Part shown: in pieces, positions 50,311 through 59,444 of the stretch
Numbering within the stretch: the stretch's first letter is position 1
How the letters are laid out: each line of letters starts with the position of its first letter
NCBI GenBank assembly: GCA_024695235.1
Contig: JAILIP010000019.1
Span: 13,448 to 77,447 of the forward strand
Length of the DNA: 64,000 nt
Origin: Bacilli bacterium
GTDB taxonomy: Bacteria > Bacillota_I > Bacilli_A > RFN20 > CAG-826
Direction of reading: 5' to 3'
Translations under genes and position numbers: made by a program
The notes under the pieces: generated by a model
Seen by the model: only the letters and a program-made list of their open reading frames with translations
What the model was told of the DNA's origin: nothing
The model's database searches: none

Positions 50311-51171
50311 TTCTATCTTCTTAACTATACGATTTATAACACTTATTGGAGTAGACGCTCCAGAGGAAATGATGACATGAGAAAGACCAATAAGGTCTTT
50401 TTCTTTAATATCTAGTTCGTTTTCAATGGCGATAACCTTGCTATTGACGTAGTGGTCTTTAGCCATTTTAAACAATGTCTTGGTGTTATTCGAATTAACT
50501 CCTCCGACAACATAGACTAAATCAGCGGAAACATCACCATTAAGCAAAGCTTCTTGTCTATCACTTGATGCGTGGCATATGCCATTATTTACTCTAGCGT
50601 TAGGAATCTTCCCTTTGATTTTATTAACAATCTTTTCGACATCGTATTTTGAAAATGTTGTTTGGGAAATAATCATCGGGTTAGGATCTTTTATCTTTGA
50701 TAAATCTAATTCTTTGTTAAGTTCAACGAGAACTACGTCTTTGCCTAAAGATAAAGCCGCATTACTTTCTGGGTGATTCTTCTTACTGATATAAATGACT
50801 TGGTGTCCTTTTTTGATTTCACCAGAAATCTCTTTGAAACTATTCTTTACAAATGGACATGTAGCATCAATGAAACGTATGCCGCGCTTATTGAGCTTTT
50901 CTTCGACTGCTTTACTATGACCATGAGCGGTGAGGATAACTATGTTATCTTCTTCAATTTCGTCTATTAAATCTATTAGTGAAACTCCCGGTTTATAAAT
51001 AGTATCAATAGACAATGATTCTAACTCTTTTAAGGCATCGTTATTGTGAACAAGCATGCCCAAAACGACTATTTTGTCGTTAGGGTTTGCTAGACGAGCT
51101 TTCTTAGCAATTTCCATTGCAGAGGCCACACCAGCACAATATCCAGATGGAGTTAATACTTCAATTTTCAC
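50296..51171 (-). CDS. ispH: 4-hydroxy-3-methylbut-2-enyl diphosphate reductase
   Basis: SGYCAGV, TAHGHS, ATCPFV, CHAS (three Fe-S Cys). GTG start. 3' end overlaps nif3 by 15 nt. Confidence 0.92.
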   Translation of the reverse strand: MKIEVLTPSGYCAGVASAMEIAKKARLANPNDKIVVLGMLVHNNDALKELESLSIDTIYKPGVSLIDLIDEIEEDNIVILTAHGHSKAVEEKLNKRGIRFIDATCPFVKNSFKEISGEIKKGHQVIYISKKNHPESNAALSLGKDVVLVELNKELDLSKIKDPNPMIISQTTFSKYDVEKIVNKIKGKIPNARVNNGICHASSDRQEALLNGDVSADLVYVVGGVNSNNTKTLFKMAKDHYVNSKVIAIENELDIKEKDLIGLSHVIISSGASTPISVINRIVKKIELLCN

Positions 51172-51216
51172 GTTCTTATGATAACATAAACACCCAAAAT
51201 CGTGTATAATAAGCGC

Positions 51217-52575
51217 ATGTCATTCAAAGGAATCAATTTGTCGAATAAAATGCTTGTGGCGCTTAACCGTCAAAAGTATTATGATCCATCTCCTATTCAG
51301 CTAAGGAGTATTCCGAAAGCTCTCAAGGGAGAAACTTTGATGGTGCAATCATCAACTGGAAGTGGCAAAACTTTATGCTTTTTGATTCCAATTATTGAGA
51401 AAATTGATTTAAAAAATCAAAATGTCCAAGCAATCATTGTTGCTCCAACTAGAGAACTAGCTCAACAAATCTATAATTTTGCCGTGCCTTTCACTAAGGA
51501 ATTTGAAGGACTTAAAATTAGGCTTCTCAAAGCCGGAGAAGAACTCGAATCATCTCTCCAAGGACTTAAGATTGCGCCTCATATCGTCATTGGCACTCCA
51601 GGCCGCCTAAAAGATGTTTTGGCGGTGGAACATGCTCTTGCCCTTAACAACGTTAAGACGGTTGTCTTTGATGAAGCAGACATGCTTCTAAAAGAAGGAT
51701 ACTTTGATGATATTGATACATTTGCTTTACAAATAAATAATCCTCAATATCTTGTTTTCTCGGCAACACTTGAAGCAAACCTTGCTGCAAGACTAGAGAA
51801 GTATGTTGGACCAAACATTCCAATTGTTAATGAGGAAGTCATGACCTCAAGCAATGTCACTCACTATCTCATCGATATTAAGCATGAGGATGTTAATGAA
51901 GCAGTTGAGCAGTTTATCAGCATCGTTAACCCATACCTTTTATTAGTGTTCGCTTCAAAGAAGGAAACCGCTAATAACATATACGCTTTCTTAAAAAGAA
52001 AGAAATATAAAGTTGGATTACTTACAGGAGATCTTTCCAGCCGTGAAAGAAAGATTGTCATGCGTTCACTTGCTAACGACGACATCTACATTCTTGTTTG
52101 CTCAGACATGGCTGCAAGAGGTCTTGATATCCCAAATGTCAGTGATGTCTTGAATGTTGATTTACCAAACAACAGTGAATTCTATTATCACCGTGCAGGT
52201 AGAACTGGCCGCTTTGACAAGAAGGGTAATTGCTATACTTTCTATAACAATGATTCAACAAGAAAGCCTTTGGCTTTGATTGAACAAGGTGTTAAATTTG
52301 AGTATCGCGTTTTAAAAGGCAATGAACTCATCATTGGTAAGCCAATTGAAAAGTCTCACCCAACCAAGAAACACTTGGATGAAGAACTCAATAAAGAGAT
52401 TCGCAAAATTAATAACCTTGCTAAAGCAAGTAACAAAAAAGTTAAGCCTGGATATAAAAAGAAAACCCGTTTAGCGGTGGAAAAAGCTAAACAAAAACAT
52501 AGACGTGAAATCATCAAAAAGGATATTCGTCGTCAAAGAGTAGAACGTTACAAAAAGGAGAACAGAAATGGCTGA
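51217..52575 (+). CDS. cshB: DEAD-box ATP-dependent RNA helicase (CshB-like)
   Basis: Q motif PSPIQ, SSTGSGKT, DEAD, SAT, HRAGRTGR, basic tail. ATG 51217 preferred because TATAAT (51205-51210) lies inside the track's GTG-start extension. Confidence 0.9.
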   Translation: MSFKGINLSNKMLVALNRQKYYDPSPIQLRSIPKALKGETLMVQSSTGSGKTLCFLIPIIEKIDLKNQNVQAIIVAPTRELAQQIYNFAVPFTKEFEGLKIRLLKAGEELESSLQGLKIAPHIVIGTPGRLKDVLAVEHALALNNVKTVVFDEADMLLKEGYFDDIDTFALQINNPQYLVFSATLEANLAARLEKYVGPNIPIVNEEVMTSSNVTHYLIDIKHEDVNEAVEQFISIVNPYLLLVFASKKETANNIYAFLKRKKYKVGLLTGDLSSRERKIVMRSLANDDIYILVCSDMAARGLDIPNVSDVLNVDLPNNSEFYYHRAGRTGRFDKKGNCYTFYNNDSTRKPLALIEQGVKFEYRVLKGNELIIGKPIEKSHPTKKHLDEELNKEIRKINNLAKASNKKVKPGYKKKTRLAVEKAKQKHRREIIKKDIRRQRVERYKKENRNG

Positions 52576-53449
52576 TAAAATCTATCTAGGATCACATGTT
52601 TCAATGTCATCTCCTGAATACTATCTCGGCAGTGTTAAAGAGGCACTCTCCTACGGAGCAAACACATTTATGTTCTATACAGGTGCTCCTCAAAACACTT
52701 TTAGATTACCGGTTGAAAAGCTAAGAATTGCTGAGGGTAGAGCACTCATTAAAGAAGCAGGTTTGGACGAGAATAAGATCATTGTTCATGCTCCATACAT
52801 TTTGAATATTGCCAATCAATTAAATGAATCACTTTACCAAATGGCAAAAGACCATTTAACAAATGAACTTAGAAGAGTGCAAGCCTTTGGCTTGAAAATA
52901 CTTGTTCTCCATCCAGGAAGCCATGTCGGAACCGGAATTGAGAATGGTCTTGATTCCATCGTCAAAGCTCTTGATGAAGTACTTGATAACGATGGCACAG
53001 ATGTTAAGATCGCTCTTGAGACTATGGCAGGTAAAGGCGGAGAAATGGGTTCGACATTCGAACAACTTCATCACATTCTCACCCATATCAAACACCCTGA
53101 AAGAGTTGGCGTCTGTTTTGACACATGCCACGTGAACGATGAAGGCGTTGATATCTCAAAAGTTGATGAAACTATCGAAATATTTGATAGAGTCATTGGA
53201 CTAGACAAGCTATTATGCATTCATATCAATGATTCTAAGAACCCTCTTGGTTCTCATAAAGATAGACATGAAAATATTGGTTATGGTGAGATTGGATTTG
53301 ATACACTATGTGCTTATATCCATCACCCAAAGCTTGATGGCATTCCTAAAATTCTAGAAACTCCATACATCAACAAAGTTACTCCTCCATACAAAAAGGA
53401 AATCGAGATGCTCTTAAATAAAGAGTTCATCGAGGGATGGAGAGATTAA
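52568..53449 (+). CDS. nfo: Endonuclease IV (AP endonuclease)
   Basis: GSHVS, HAPYILN, LHPGSH, ETMAGKG, FDTCH, HINDS. Confidence 0.95.
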   Translation: MADKIYLGSHVSMSSPEYYLGSVKEALSYGANTFMFYTGAPQNTFRLPVEKLRIAEGRALIKEAGLDENKIIVHAPYILNIANQLNESLYQMAKDHLTNELRRVQAFGLKILVLHPGSHVGTGIENGLDSIVKALDEVLDNDGTDVKIALETMAGKGGEMGSTFEQLHHILTHIKHPERVGVCFDTCHVNDEGVDISKVDETIEIFDRVIGLDKLLCIHINDSKNPLGSHKDRHENIGYGEIGFDTLCAYIHHPKLDGIPKILETPYINKVTPPYKKEIEMLLNKEFIEGWRD

Positions 53450-53451
53450 GA

Positions 53452-53470
53452 AAAAGGGCTTTGCCCTTTT
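53452..53470. terminator. Bidirectional terminator between nfo and ispG
   Basis: AAAAGGGC-TTT-GCCCTTTT, with A/T runs on both sides. Confidence 0.7.
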
Positions 53471-53473
53471 CTT

Positions 53474-54553
53474 TTATAATTTAAGTATTTCAGCAGTGAG
53501 TTCTTTATAGATATCTTTATCACTCACTGTTTTGATGATTTCTTCTTTTTTAAAGATGATCCATTGGCCTTTGCCGCCTGCGCACCCTATATCAGCGCGC
53601 TTAGCTTCGCCTGGCCCATTAACGATGCAGCCCATGACAGCAACTGTCTTTTGGATGTTGTTTTCCTCGAGGAATGAGGCAACTTGCTTTGCAAGAGGAA
53701 CGAGATTCACTTGTGTACGACCGCATGTTGGGCATGAGATGAGCGTGTGATAATCATTTCTGATTCCAAGGTCTTTTAAGAGCCTGCGGCATGCACGAAT
53801 TTCTTCTTCTGGCTCATCGCTAAGAGAGATACGAATTGTATCTCCGATGCCTTCAAGAAGAAGTGGGGCAAGTCCAGCGACGCTTCTAACTAATCCGACA
53901 TCCTTAGGGCCGGCTTCTGTGATACCAATATGTAGAGGGTATTTGAATGCATCTTTAGCAAGCCTATATGCTTCAACCGTCGACATAACGTGTGAGCATT
54001 TCAAAGAAATGACAATATCATAGAAATCCAAATCCTCAAGAATTTTGATTGTTCTTTTAGCGGATTCGATCATCTCTTTAGCGTTAACAACTTCGGTGTT
54101 ATTATTGACTTCTTTATCGATTGAACCAGCATTAATGCCAACGCGAATTGGAATATGCTTTTCTTTGCATAAGTCAACAACGGCTTTGATATTCTCTTTT
54201 GAACCGATATTGCCTGGGTTAAGTCTAACCGCATCTACACCAGATTCAATGGATGTTATCGCTAAGCGATAATCAAAGTGAATGTCAGCAATTAATGGAA
54301 TGGATATTAGCTTCTTAATTTCTTTGATTGCTAAAGCGTCTTTTTGGTCTAGAACCGATACGCGCATTAAATCTGCACCGAGCTTAGCGCATCTATTGAT
54401 TTGATCGGCAACTTCTTTATAACGTTCAGTCTTAATGTTGCACATCGACTGAATTAGAACTCTGTTTTGTCCGCCAATGGATATATTTCCGACTTTAATT
54501 GATTTAGTTAATTCACGTGGTAGCATGTTTGACATGCTTAAATTATAACCCAT
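53474..54553 (-). CDS. ispG: 4-hydroxy-3-methylbut-2-en-1-yl diphosphate synthase
   Basis: TIM-barrel N-terminus (RVSV, RLNPGNIG). C-terminal Fe-S Cys: SCPTCGRT...GCIVNGPGE. Confidence 0.95.
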   Translation of the reverse strand: MGYNLSMSNMLPRELTKSIKVGNISIGGQNRVLIQSMCNIKTERYKEVADQINRCAKLGADLMRVSVLDQKDALAIKEIKKLISIPLIADIHFDYRLAITSIESGVDAVRLNPGNIGSKENIKAVVDLCKEKHIPIRVGINAGSIDKEVNNNTEVVNAKEMIESAKRTIKILEDLDFYDIVISLKCSHVMSTVEAYRLAKDAFKYPLHIGITEAGPKDVGLVRSVAGLAPLLLEGIGDTIRISLSDEPEEEIRACRRLLKDLGIRNDYHTLISCPTCGRTQVNLVPLAKQVASFLEENNIQKTVAVMGCIVNGPGEAKRADIGCAGGKGQWIIFKKEEIIKTVSDKDIYKELTAEILKL

Positions 54554-54625
54554 TCGTAAATATCTTGTAGATATCTTTTTTCTCTTGTGGTATTATTCTA
54601 CTTGCAAAAACAAAGGAGAGTGTTT

Positions 54626-54775
54626 ATGCGCGATAACATTACATTGAAATGCACTGTTTGTGGTGAAGAAAACTACATCACTACCAAAAACAAAAAAGAG
54701 CATCCTGATAGACTTGAAACCAAAAAGTACTGCAAGAAATGCAAAAAACAAACATTGCATAAGGAGAAAAAGTAA
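54626..54775 (+). CDS. rpmG: 50S ribosomal protein L33 (49 aa)
   Basis: [24 protein letters not shown]...[25 protein letters not shown], 7 nt upstream. The track ORF 54587 extension lacks an RBS. Confidence 0.93.
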   Translation: MRDNITLKCTVCGEENYITTKNKKEHPDRLETKKYCKKCKKQTLHKEKK

Positions 54776-54797
54776 GGATAAAATCCTTCTTTTTTTA
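54774..54797 (+). terminator. Intrinsic terminator after rpmG (overlaps its stop codon)
   Basis: Stem AAGGAT / ATCCTT with loop AAA, followed by CTTTTTTT. Confidence 0.7.
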
Positions 54798-54800
54798 TTT

Positions 54801-55439
54801 ATGGTAGATATTCTTCCAAGCTACGAATATTGCTCAACTTATTTATTGTGGAATGACAATAAGGAAGCTTTTATTGTTGACCCGGGAGATAATTCAAACA
54901 ATCGTTTGATAAAGCACATAGAAAAACTCGGGCTATATATTCAAGCAATCCTTATCACTCATGGTCATTATGACCATATTGGCGGTCTAAAAGATATAGT
55001 AGAAGCATTTCCAAATGCTGTTTGCTATATAAATGTCGATGAAACTAAGGTTCTTAGTGATCCTAGAATCAATCTATCTTATTTCACCGGAGAAAAGAAA
55101 CTAACCTTTGTTCCTCAAAAACTTGTTGAATTAGTAGATAACGAGGAGTTTGAAGTATGTGGCTTTAAAGTTAAAATGATTGCCACTCCGTTCCACACCA
55201 TTGGAAGTTGTTGCTATTCTATAGCAAAAGAGAAGATATTGTTCAGCGGAGACACATTGTTTAAATCATCTATTGGCCGCACGGATCTGCCAACTGGATC
55301 AAATAAGACAATTGATGCTAGTTTGATGAAACTAATGAGCTTAGATGATGAGACTAAAGTGTATCCTGGGCATGGAGATATTTCGACCCTCGGGAGAGAA
55401 AAGAAATATAACATATATTTGAATAATCTATTGAAATAG
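54801..55439 (+). CDS. MBL-fold metallo-hydrolase (glyoxalase II-like)
   Basis: ITHGHYDHIGG, FHTIGS, GDTLF, PGHG. The track start 54660 runs through rpmG in another frame, so ATG 54801 is used. Confidence 0.85.
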   Translation: MVDILPSYEYCSTYLLWNDNKEAFIVDPGDNSNNRLIKHIEKLGLYIQAILITHGHYDHIGGLKDIVEAFPNAVCYINVDETKVLSDPRINLSYFTGEKKLTFVPQKLVELVDNEEFEVCGFKVKMIATPFHTIGSCCYSIAKEKILFSGDTLFKSSIGRTDLPTGSNKTIDASLMKLMSLDDETKVYPGHGDISTLGREKKYNIYLNNLLK

Positions 55440-55470
55440 ATATAATAATTAACGCTAGGAGGAAAAATAA

Positions 55471-56025
55471 ATGAACGTTACCGAATTAAGACCTGGAAAC
55501 TATTTCATTGATGAAGGCAATCTTTATCAAGTTATGGATATTTTACTTAACAAGACCGCTATGAGAAAGATGGTCGCCAAAGTAAAAGCCAAAAATATGA
55601 GAACAGGTGCTATTACCGAACTCGCTAGAAATAGTGGATATGATGTCGAGAAAGCTGTGCTTTCTAAAAAGAAAATGGCCTTCCTATATGATGCTGGTGA
55701 TATGTTAGTCTTCATGGACAACGCCACATATGAACAAATCGAAATTGCTAAGAGCAGACTTGAATGGGAACTTAACTTCCTCGTTTCAAATGCTGAAATT
55801 GATATTCTCTTCTACGAAGATGAAATCCTTGGTATTACATTACCATCCTCAGTAGCTCTTCAAATCGTCGATTGTGAACCAGCTGTTCGTGGAGATACAG
55901 TTAACAAAGCTATGAAGCTTGCTACATTAGAAACAGGCTTTAAAGTCAAAGTACCATTATTTATTGATAACGGTGAGACAATCCTTGTCCGTACAGATAC
56001 AGGCGCCTACGATGGCCGTGCATAA
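55471..56025 (+). CDS. efp: Elongation factor P
   Basis: LRPGNYFIDEGNLYQV, three OB/KOW-like domains, RBS AGGAGG. Confidence 0.96.
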   Translation: MNVTELRPGNYFIDEGNLYQVMDILLNKTAMRKMVAKVKAKNMRTGAITELARNSGYDVEKAVLSKKKMAFLYDAGDMLVFMDNATYEQIEIAKSRLEWELNFLVSNAEIDILFYEDEILGITLPSSVALQIVDCEPAVRGDTVNKAMKLATLETGFKVKVPLFIDNGETILVRTDTGAYDGRA

Positions 56026-56041
56026 TAAGAGGAATTAACCT

Positions 56042-56263
56042 ATGGAAATGCAAGTCTGGGTATTTGTCATGACAATTGTCCTCTGTGTCATCGGAGGAGC
56101 AATCGCTGGATTCTTCGGAGCACGTTATTTCTTCAAGAAGCAACTCCAAAAGAACCCTCCAATTAACGAAAATATGATCCGCGCCATGTTCATGCAAATG
56201 GGTCGCAAGCCTTCCGAAGCTCAAATCAGAGCCGTCATGAACCAAATGAAGCGCAATCAATAA
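56042..56263 (+). CDS. yneF: UPF0154/YneF-family small membrane protein
   Basis: N-terminal TM then NPPINENMIRAMFMQMGRKPSEAQIRAVMNQM. Confidence 0.8.
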   Translation: MEMQVWVFVMTIVLCVIGGAIAGFFGARYFFKKQLQKNPPINENMIRAMFMQMGRKPSEAQIRAVMNQMKRNQ

Positions 56264-56284
56264 GCGTTAAATCAAACAAAAAAT

Positions 56285-56312
56285 ATGCGTCGAAAATCGG
56301 CGCATTTTTTTG
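56285..56312 (+). terminator. Intrinsic terminator after yneF
   Basis: Stem ATGCGTCGA / TCGGCGCAT followed by T7, preceded by an A-run. Confidence 0.75.
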
Positions 56313-56666
56313 ACGAAAAATTAGACGAAAAACGAATGTCAAAAACATCGTCAATTAACGAGCAAAAATCACATCGAAATTATAGGAAAATATTGGATGA
56401 AAATGTATAGCAATAATAGGGCATTTTAGACGTCAAAATTGTGGTGGTGGTAAATTATCCATGACGAGTAAAAACTCGGCTAAAAACGGCCTCCTATGCA
56501 AGTATATAATTTTCGAACTAGTAGTTGTGGTAGTGGATTGTGGACAAAATTGAAAACGTCAATTAAAAATGCCAAATTCATCGAAACAAATTGGGCATAT
56601 TTTCTAAGTGTGGATTAATTATTCACATAGTCTAAATCGACTAAAAAACTACTAATACACTACTAT

Positions 56667-57398
56667 TTATTTCATCCAAGTGATCTTTCTTTCCTCGTGG
56701 CGAGCCAAGCGGATGATGTTTGGTTTATGACGGTAAATTAGAAGAATCGCCATGATGGTAATTGTTGTTGCGTATTCCCATCCGGAAACTAACCATTTTC
56801 CCCAACCCCACATAACGATGTCAACATAATCGGAAATTGGAGTGAATTTTAGACCGAACAAAATCCATGCAAAAATGGTAGCTACAATTGATAGAAGAAT
56901 TGAGGCTAATGAGACATATTTTTTAGCTTTGAGAGTGCTGAAGAAAGTAACAATACCAACCAAAGTGACGCCCCAAGAGGTCAAAATTCCAAATCCAGCG
57001 AAGTTCGAGACAGCTTTTCCACCCTTGAAACCAGCAAAAATTGGCCAACAATGTCCAATAGCTACCCCAATCGGTGCTAAATAGATGTACAAGATGTGAA
57101 GTTTATTCCACATTTCACACGCTAAAACATCTTTTAAAGGAGTAAAAGTTATGATTGCCCATGCGCCAACTGTAGGAATTGCGCATTTTAACATATCTAG
57201 GAAGATGACTATTAATCCAGCTTTCTTACCAAAGAGTCTTCCGACGTTTGTGCCACCTGAATTTTTGCTTCCATCAGTACGTGGATCTTTGTGGTAAAAC
57301 ACCTTTCCGACGATGACTCCCATTGGAATACTTCCAAAAATATATCCTAAAAATAGGGAACAAAATGCAACGACTATATTATATAAAATAATATCCAT
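56667..57398 (-). CDS. plsY: Glycerol-3-phosphate acyltransferase PlsY
   Basis: GYIFGSIPMG, DPRTDGSKNSGGTNVGR, HCWPIFAGFKGGKAV. Start moved to ATG 57398 behind GGAG (57406-57409). The track ORF extends to 57500. Confidence 0.9.
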   Translation of the reverse strand: MDIILYNIVVAFCSLFLGYIFGSIPMGVIVGKVFYHKDPRTDGSKNSGGTNVGRLFGKKAGLIVIFLDMLKCAIPTVGAWAIITFTPLKDVLACEMWNKLHILYIYLAPIGVAIGHCWPIFAGFKGGKAVSNFAGFGILTSWGVTLVGIVTFFSTLKAKKYVSLASILLSIVATIFAWILFGLKFTPISDYVDIVMWGWGKWLVSGWEYATTITIMAILLIYRHKPNIIRLARHEERKITWMK

Positions 57399-57461
57399 AA
57401 CAATTCTCCAAAATGCCATATAATCATACACAAAAAGTATGTTACTTTTCAACTTTTTTCT

Positions 57462-57470
57462 TGGTATAAT
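57462..57470 (+). promoter_or_regulatory. Extended -10 promoter (TGgTATAAT) of parE
   Basis: TG at 57462-57463 and TATAAT at 57465-57470, 29 nt before the ATG. Confidence 0.45.
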
Positions 57471-57499
57471 CAATTTTTGAAAATTGAAGAGATACAACA

Positions 57500-59443
57500 A
57501 TGGCAGATATAAAAACTAAAGAAAATTACTCAGCTGCTGATATCGAAATTCTTGAAGGATTAGCCGGTGTCAGAAAGCGCCCAGCCATGTATATTGGCTC
57601 CACAAACTCAACAGGTTTACATCACCTAGTTTGGGAAATTGTCGACAACGCAGTCGACGAAGCTTTGAACGGATATGGTAACATTGTTACCATAACAATT
57701 CATAAAGATGGATCATTATCAGTCCTAGATGAAGGACGTGGTATTCCGGTTGATATGCATAAGGCTACTAACATGCCTGCTGTTCAGCTTATCTTTTCAA
57801 CACTCCATAGTGGTGGTAAATTCTCTTCAAAAGTCTATGCTTCTAGTGCTGGTTTACATGGTGTCGGAAGTAGTGTTACAAATGCTCTAAGTGAGTACTG
57901 CGATGTCACCGTTTTCCGTTCCGGAAAGATCAACCATATTCGCTTCGAAAATGGTGGCAAACTTGCTATACCTTTAGAGGTTACTGGCAATACCAAAAAG
58001 CATGGTACATTAGTTAGATTCAAACCAGACGGTAAAATCTTCTCGACAACTAACTTCCAATTTGAAACTATTTGCACTCATGTCCAAGAAAGTGCCTATC
58101 TTTTAAAAGGTGTAAAATTCGTCGTTATTGATGAAAGAGACGGACAAAATGCTGAATTTTGCTACGTTGAAGGAATTAAGGAATACGTGGCAAACATTAA
58201 TAAAGCAAAAGATCCAATTGATGAAGTCATTTCATTTGAAGGAGAAGAAGGTTCAATCAAGATCGATATTGCTATGCAATATTGTTACAAAGATTATGCT
58301 GAATCTATCTACTCATACGCCAACAATGTTCGTACAAGAGATGGTGGTACACATGAAAGTGGATTTAAGCTTGGTTTAACAAAAGCAGTCAACGATTATG
58401 CCGAAGAAAATAAACTTCTAAAAGGCAAAGCCAAATTAGAAGGTAGCGATATTCGTGAAGGTTTAACTGCAGTAATTTCCCTTAGAATTCCTGAACAAAT
58501 CCTCGAATATGAAGGACAAACTAAGCAAAAATTAGGCACTCCAGAAGCCTTACAAATCTTAAATAACTTCATCTATAATAACTTTAGTTATTATCTTAAC
58601 GAGCACAAAGAATTTGCAGTTAACTTGATTAAGAAATGTCAAGATTCACAAAATGCACGTTTAGCCGCTCGTAAAGCAAAAGATGAAGCAAGAAGTAGTA
58701 AAAAAGCAAAATCTGAAATGATTTTGTCTGATAAACTTACACCTGCTCAATCCAAAGATTACGATAGAAACGAACTTTTCATCGTTGAAGGTGAATCTGC
58801 TGGTGGAACTGCTCGTAAAGGACGTGATAGACTCCATCAAGCAATCTTACCACTTCGTGGTAAACCACTTAACACGGATTCAATTGGTGTTGAGAAAATG
58901 CTCAAAAATGAAGAGTTTGCAACCATCATTAACACTATTGGTGCTGGTTTTGGAGATGACTTTAAAGTTGACAATTCTCACTATGGAAAGATCATCATCA
59001 TGACCGATGCTGATACCGATGGTGCGCATATTCAAACACTTTTGATTACATTTTTCTACAATTTCATGAAACCTCTCATCTTAAAAGGAAAATTGTTTGT
59101 TGCAATGCCTCCTTTATACCGCGTTGCAAAAGATGTTAATCATAAATTAACATACAAGTACGCTTGGGATGATGAAGGACTAGAAAAAGCCAAGAAAGTT
59201 ATCGGTGCAGGAAGCAGAGTTTCCCGCTTCAAAGGTCTTGGTGAAATGGATGCTGATCAACTATGGGAAACAACCATGGATCCAGCCCAAAGACAACTAT
59301 GCAAAGTGACTATTGAAGACCCTGTCCAAGCAGCTCGTGAAATATCCATTTTAATGGGTAATGACACAGTTGTTAGAAGACAATGGGTTGAAGAGAATGT
59401 CAACTTCAACGAAGTTGACAGCTTTATAGACGAGGTGAAATGA
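57500..59443 (+). CDS. parE: DNA topoisomerase IV subunit B (type IIA ATPase subunit)
   Basis: GHKL ATPase, TOPRIM EGESAGG, PLRGK. Assigned ParE rather than GyrB from plsY-parE-parC synteny and the partner lacking a GyrA box. Confidence 0.85.
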   Translation: MADIKTKENYSAADIEILEGLAGVRKRPAMYIGSTNSTGLHHLVWEIVDNAVDEALNGYGNIVTITIHKDGSLSVLDEGRGIPVDMHKATNMPAVQLIFSTLHSGGKFSSKVYASSAGLHGVGSSVTNALSEYCDVTVFRSGKINHIRFENGGKLAIPLEVTGNTKKHGTLVRFKPDGKIFSTTNFQFETICTHVQESAYLLKGVKFVVIDERDGQNAEFCYVEGIKEYVANINKAKDPIDEVISFEGEEGSIKIDIAMQYCYKDYAESIYSYANNVRTRDGGTHESGFKLGLTKAVNDYAEENKLLKGKAKLEGSDIREGLTAVISLRIPEQILEYEGQTKQKLGTPEALQILNNFIYNNFSYYLNEHKEFAVNLIKKCQDSQNARLAARKAKDEARSSKKAKSEMILSDKLTPAQSKDYDRNELFIVEGESAGGTARKGRDRLHQAILPLRGKPLNTDSIGVEKMLKNEEFATIINTIGAGFGDDFKVDNSHYGKIIIMTDADTDGAHIQTLLITFFYNFMKPLILKGKLFVAMPPLYRVAKDVNHKLTYKYAWDDEGLEKAKKVIGAGSRVSRFKGLGEMDADQLWETTMDPAQRQLCKVTIEDPVQAAREISILMGNDTVVRRQWVEENVNFNEVDSFIDEVK

Positions 59444-59444
59444 T

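Noticed and set aside
54660-54800. N-terminal extensions of track ORFs: 4422, 23900 (TTG), 29180, 30845, 37987 (TTG), 40622 (TTG), 51202 (GTG), 54587, 54660 and 57500 (plsY).
   Set aside because: The extensions overlap upstream genes or promoter -10 boxes and lack an RBS. In each case an internal ATG with a proper RBS, or a -10 at leaderless spacing, gives an N-terminus matching the family.
56489-56520. dif/Xer recombination site (CCTATGCAAGTATATAATTTTCGAACTAG shares TATAATTTTC with streptococcal difSL; parC lies near dif in B. subtilis).
   Set aside because: Only the central AT-rich part matches. Neither Xer-binding arm of the Bacillus or streptococcal consensus is recognisable, and there is no strand-bias switch as expected at a terminus.
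56461-56553. Small ORFs in the island: 30 aa MTSKNSAKNGLLCKYIIFELVVVVVDCGQN (56461..56553, a possible type-I-toxin-like peptide), 40 aa (56496..56618) and 24 aa (56336..56410). Also an 11-aa ORF at 40571..40606 upstream of the C39 gene.
   Set aside because: None has a credible SD or a leaderless -10. The hydrophobic stretch is interrupted by Lys/Glu and is too short for a TM helix. No antisense promoter-terminator pair is visible. The 11-aa ORF overlaps the rpsU terminator T-run and has no GG-leader.
56264-56666. Chromosomal replication origin (oriC) at the DnaA-box/A-tract island.
   Set aside because: No dnaA, dnaN or rep gene is adjacent, and coding-strand bias does not switch here. Genes are predominantly on the + strand both upstream (24.9-56.3 kb) and downstream (57.5-64 kb). 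It is kept only as an unexplained island or possible DnaA-box cluster.
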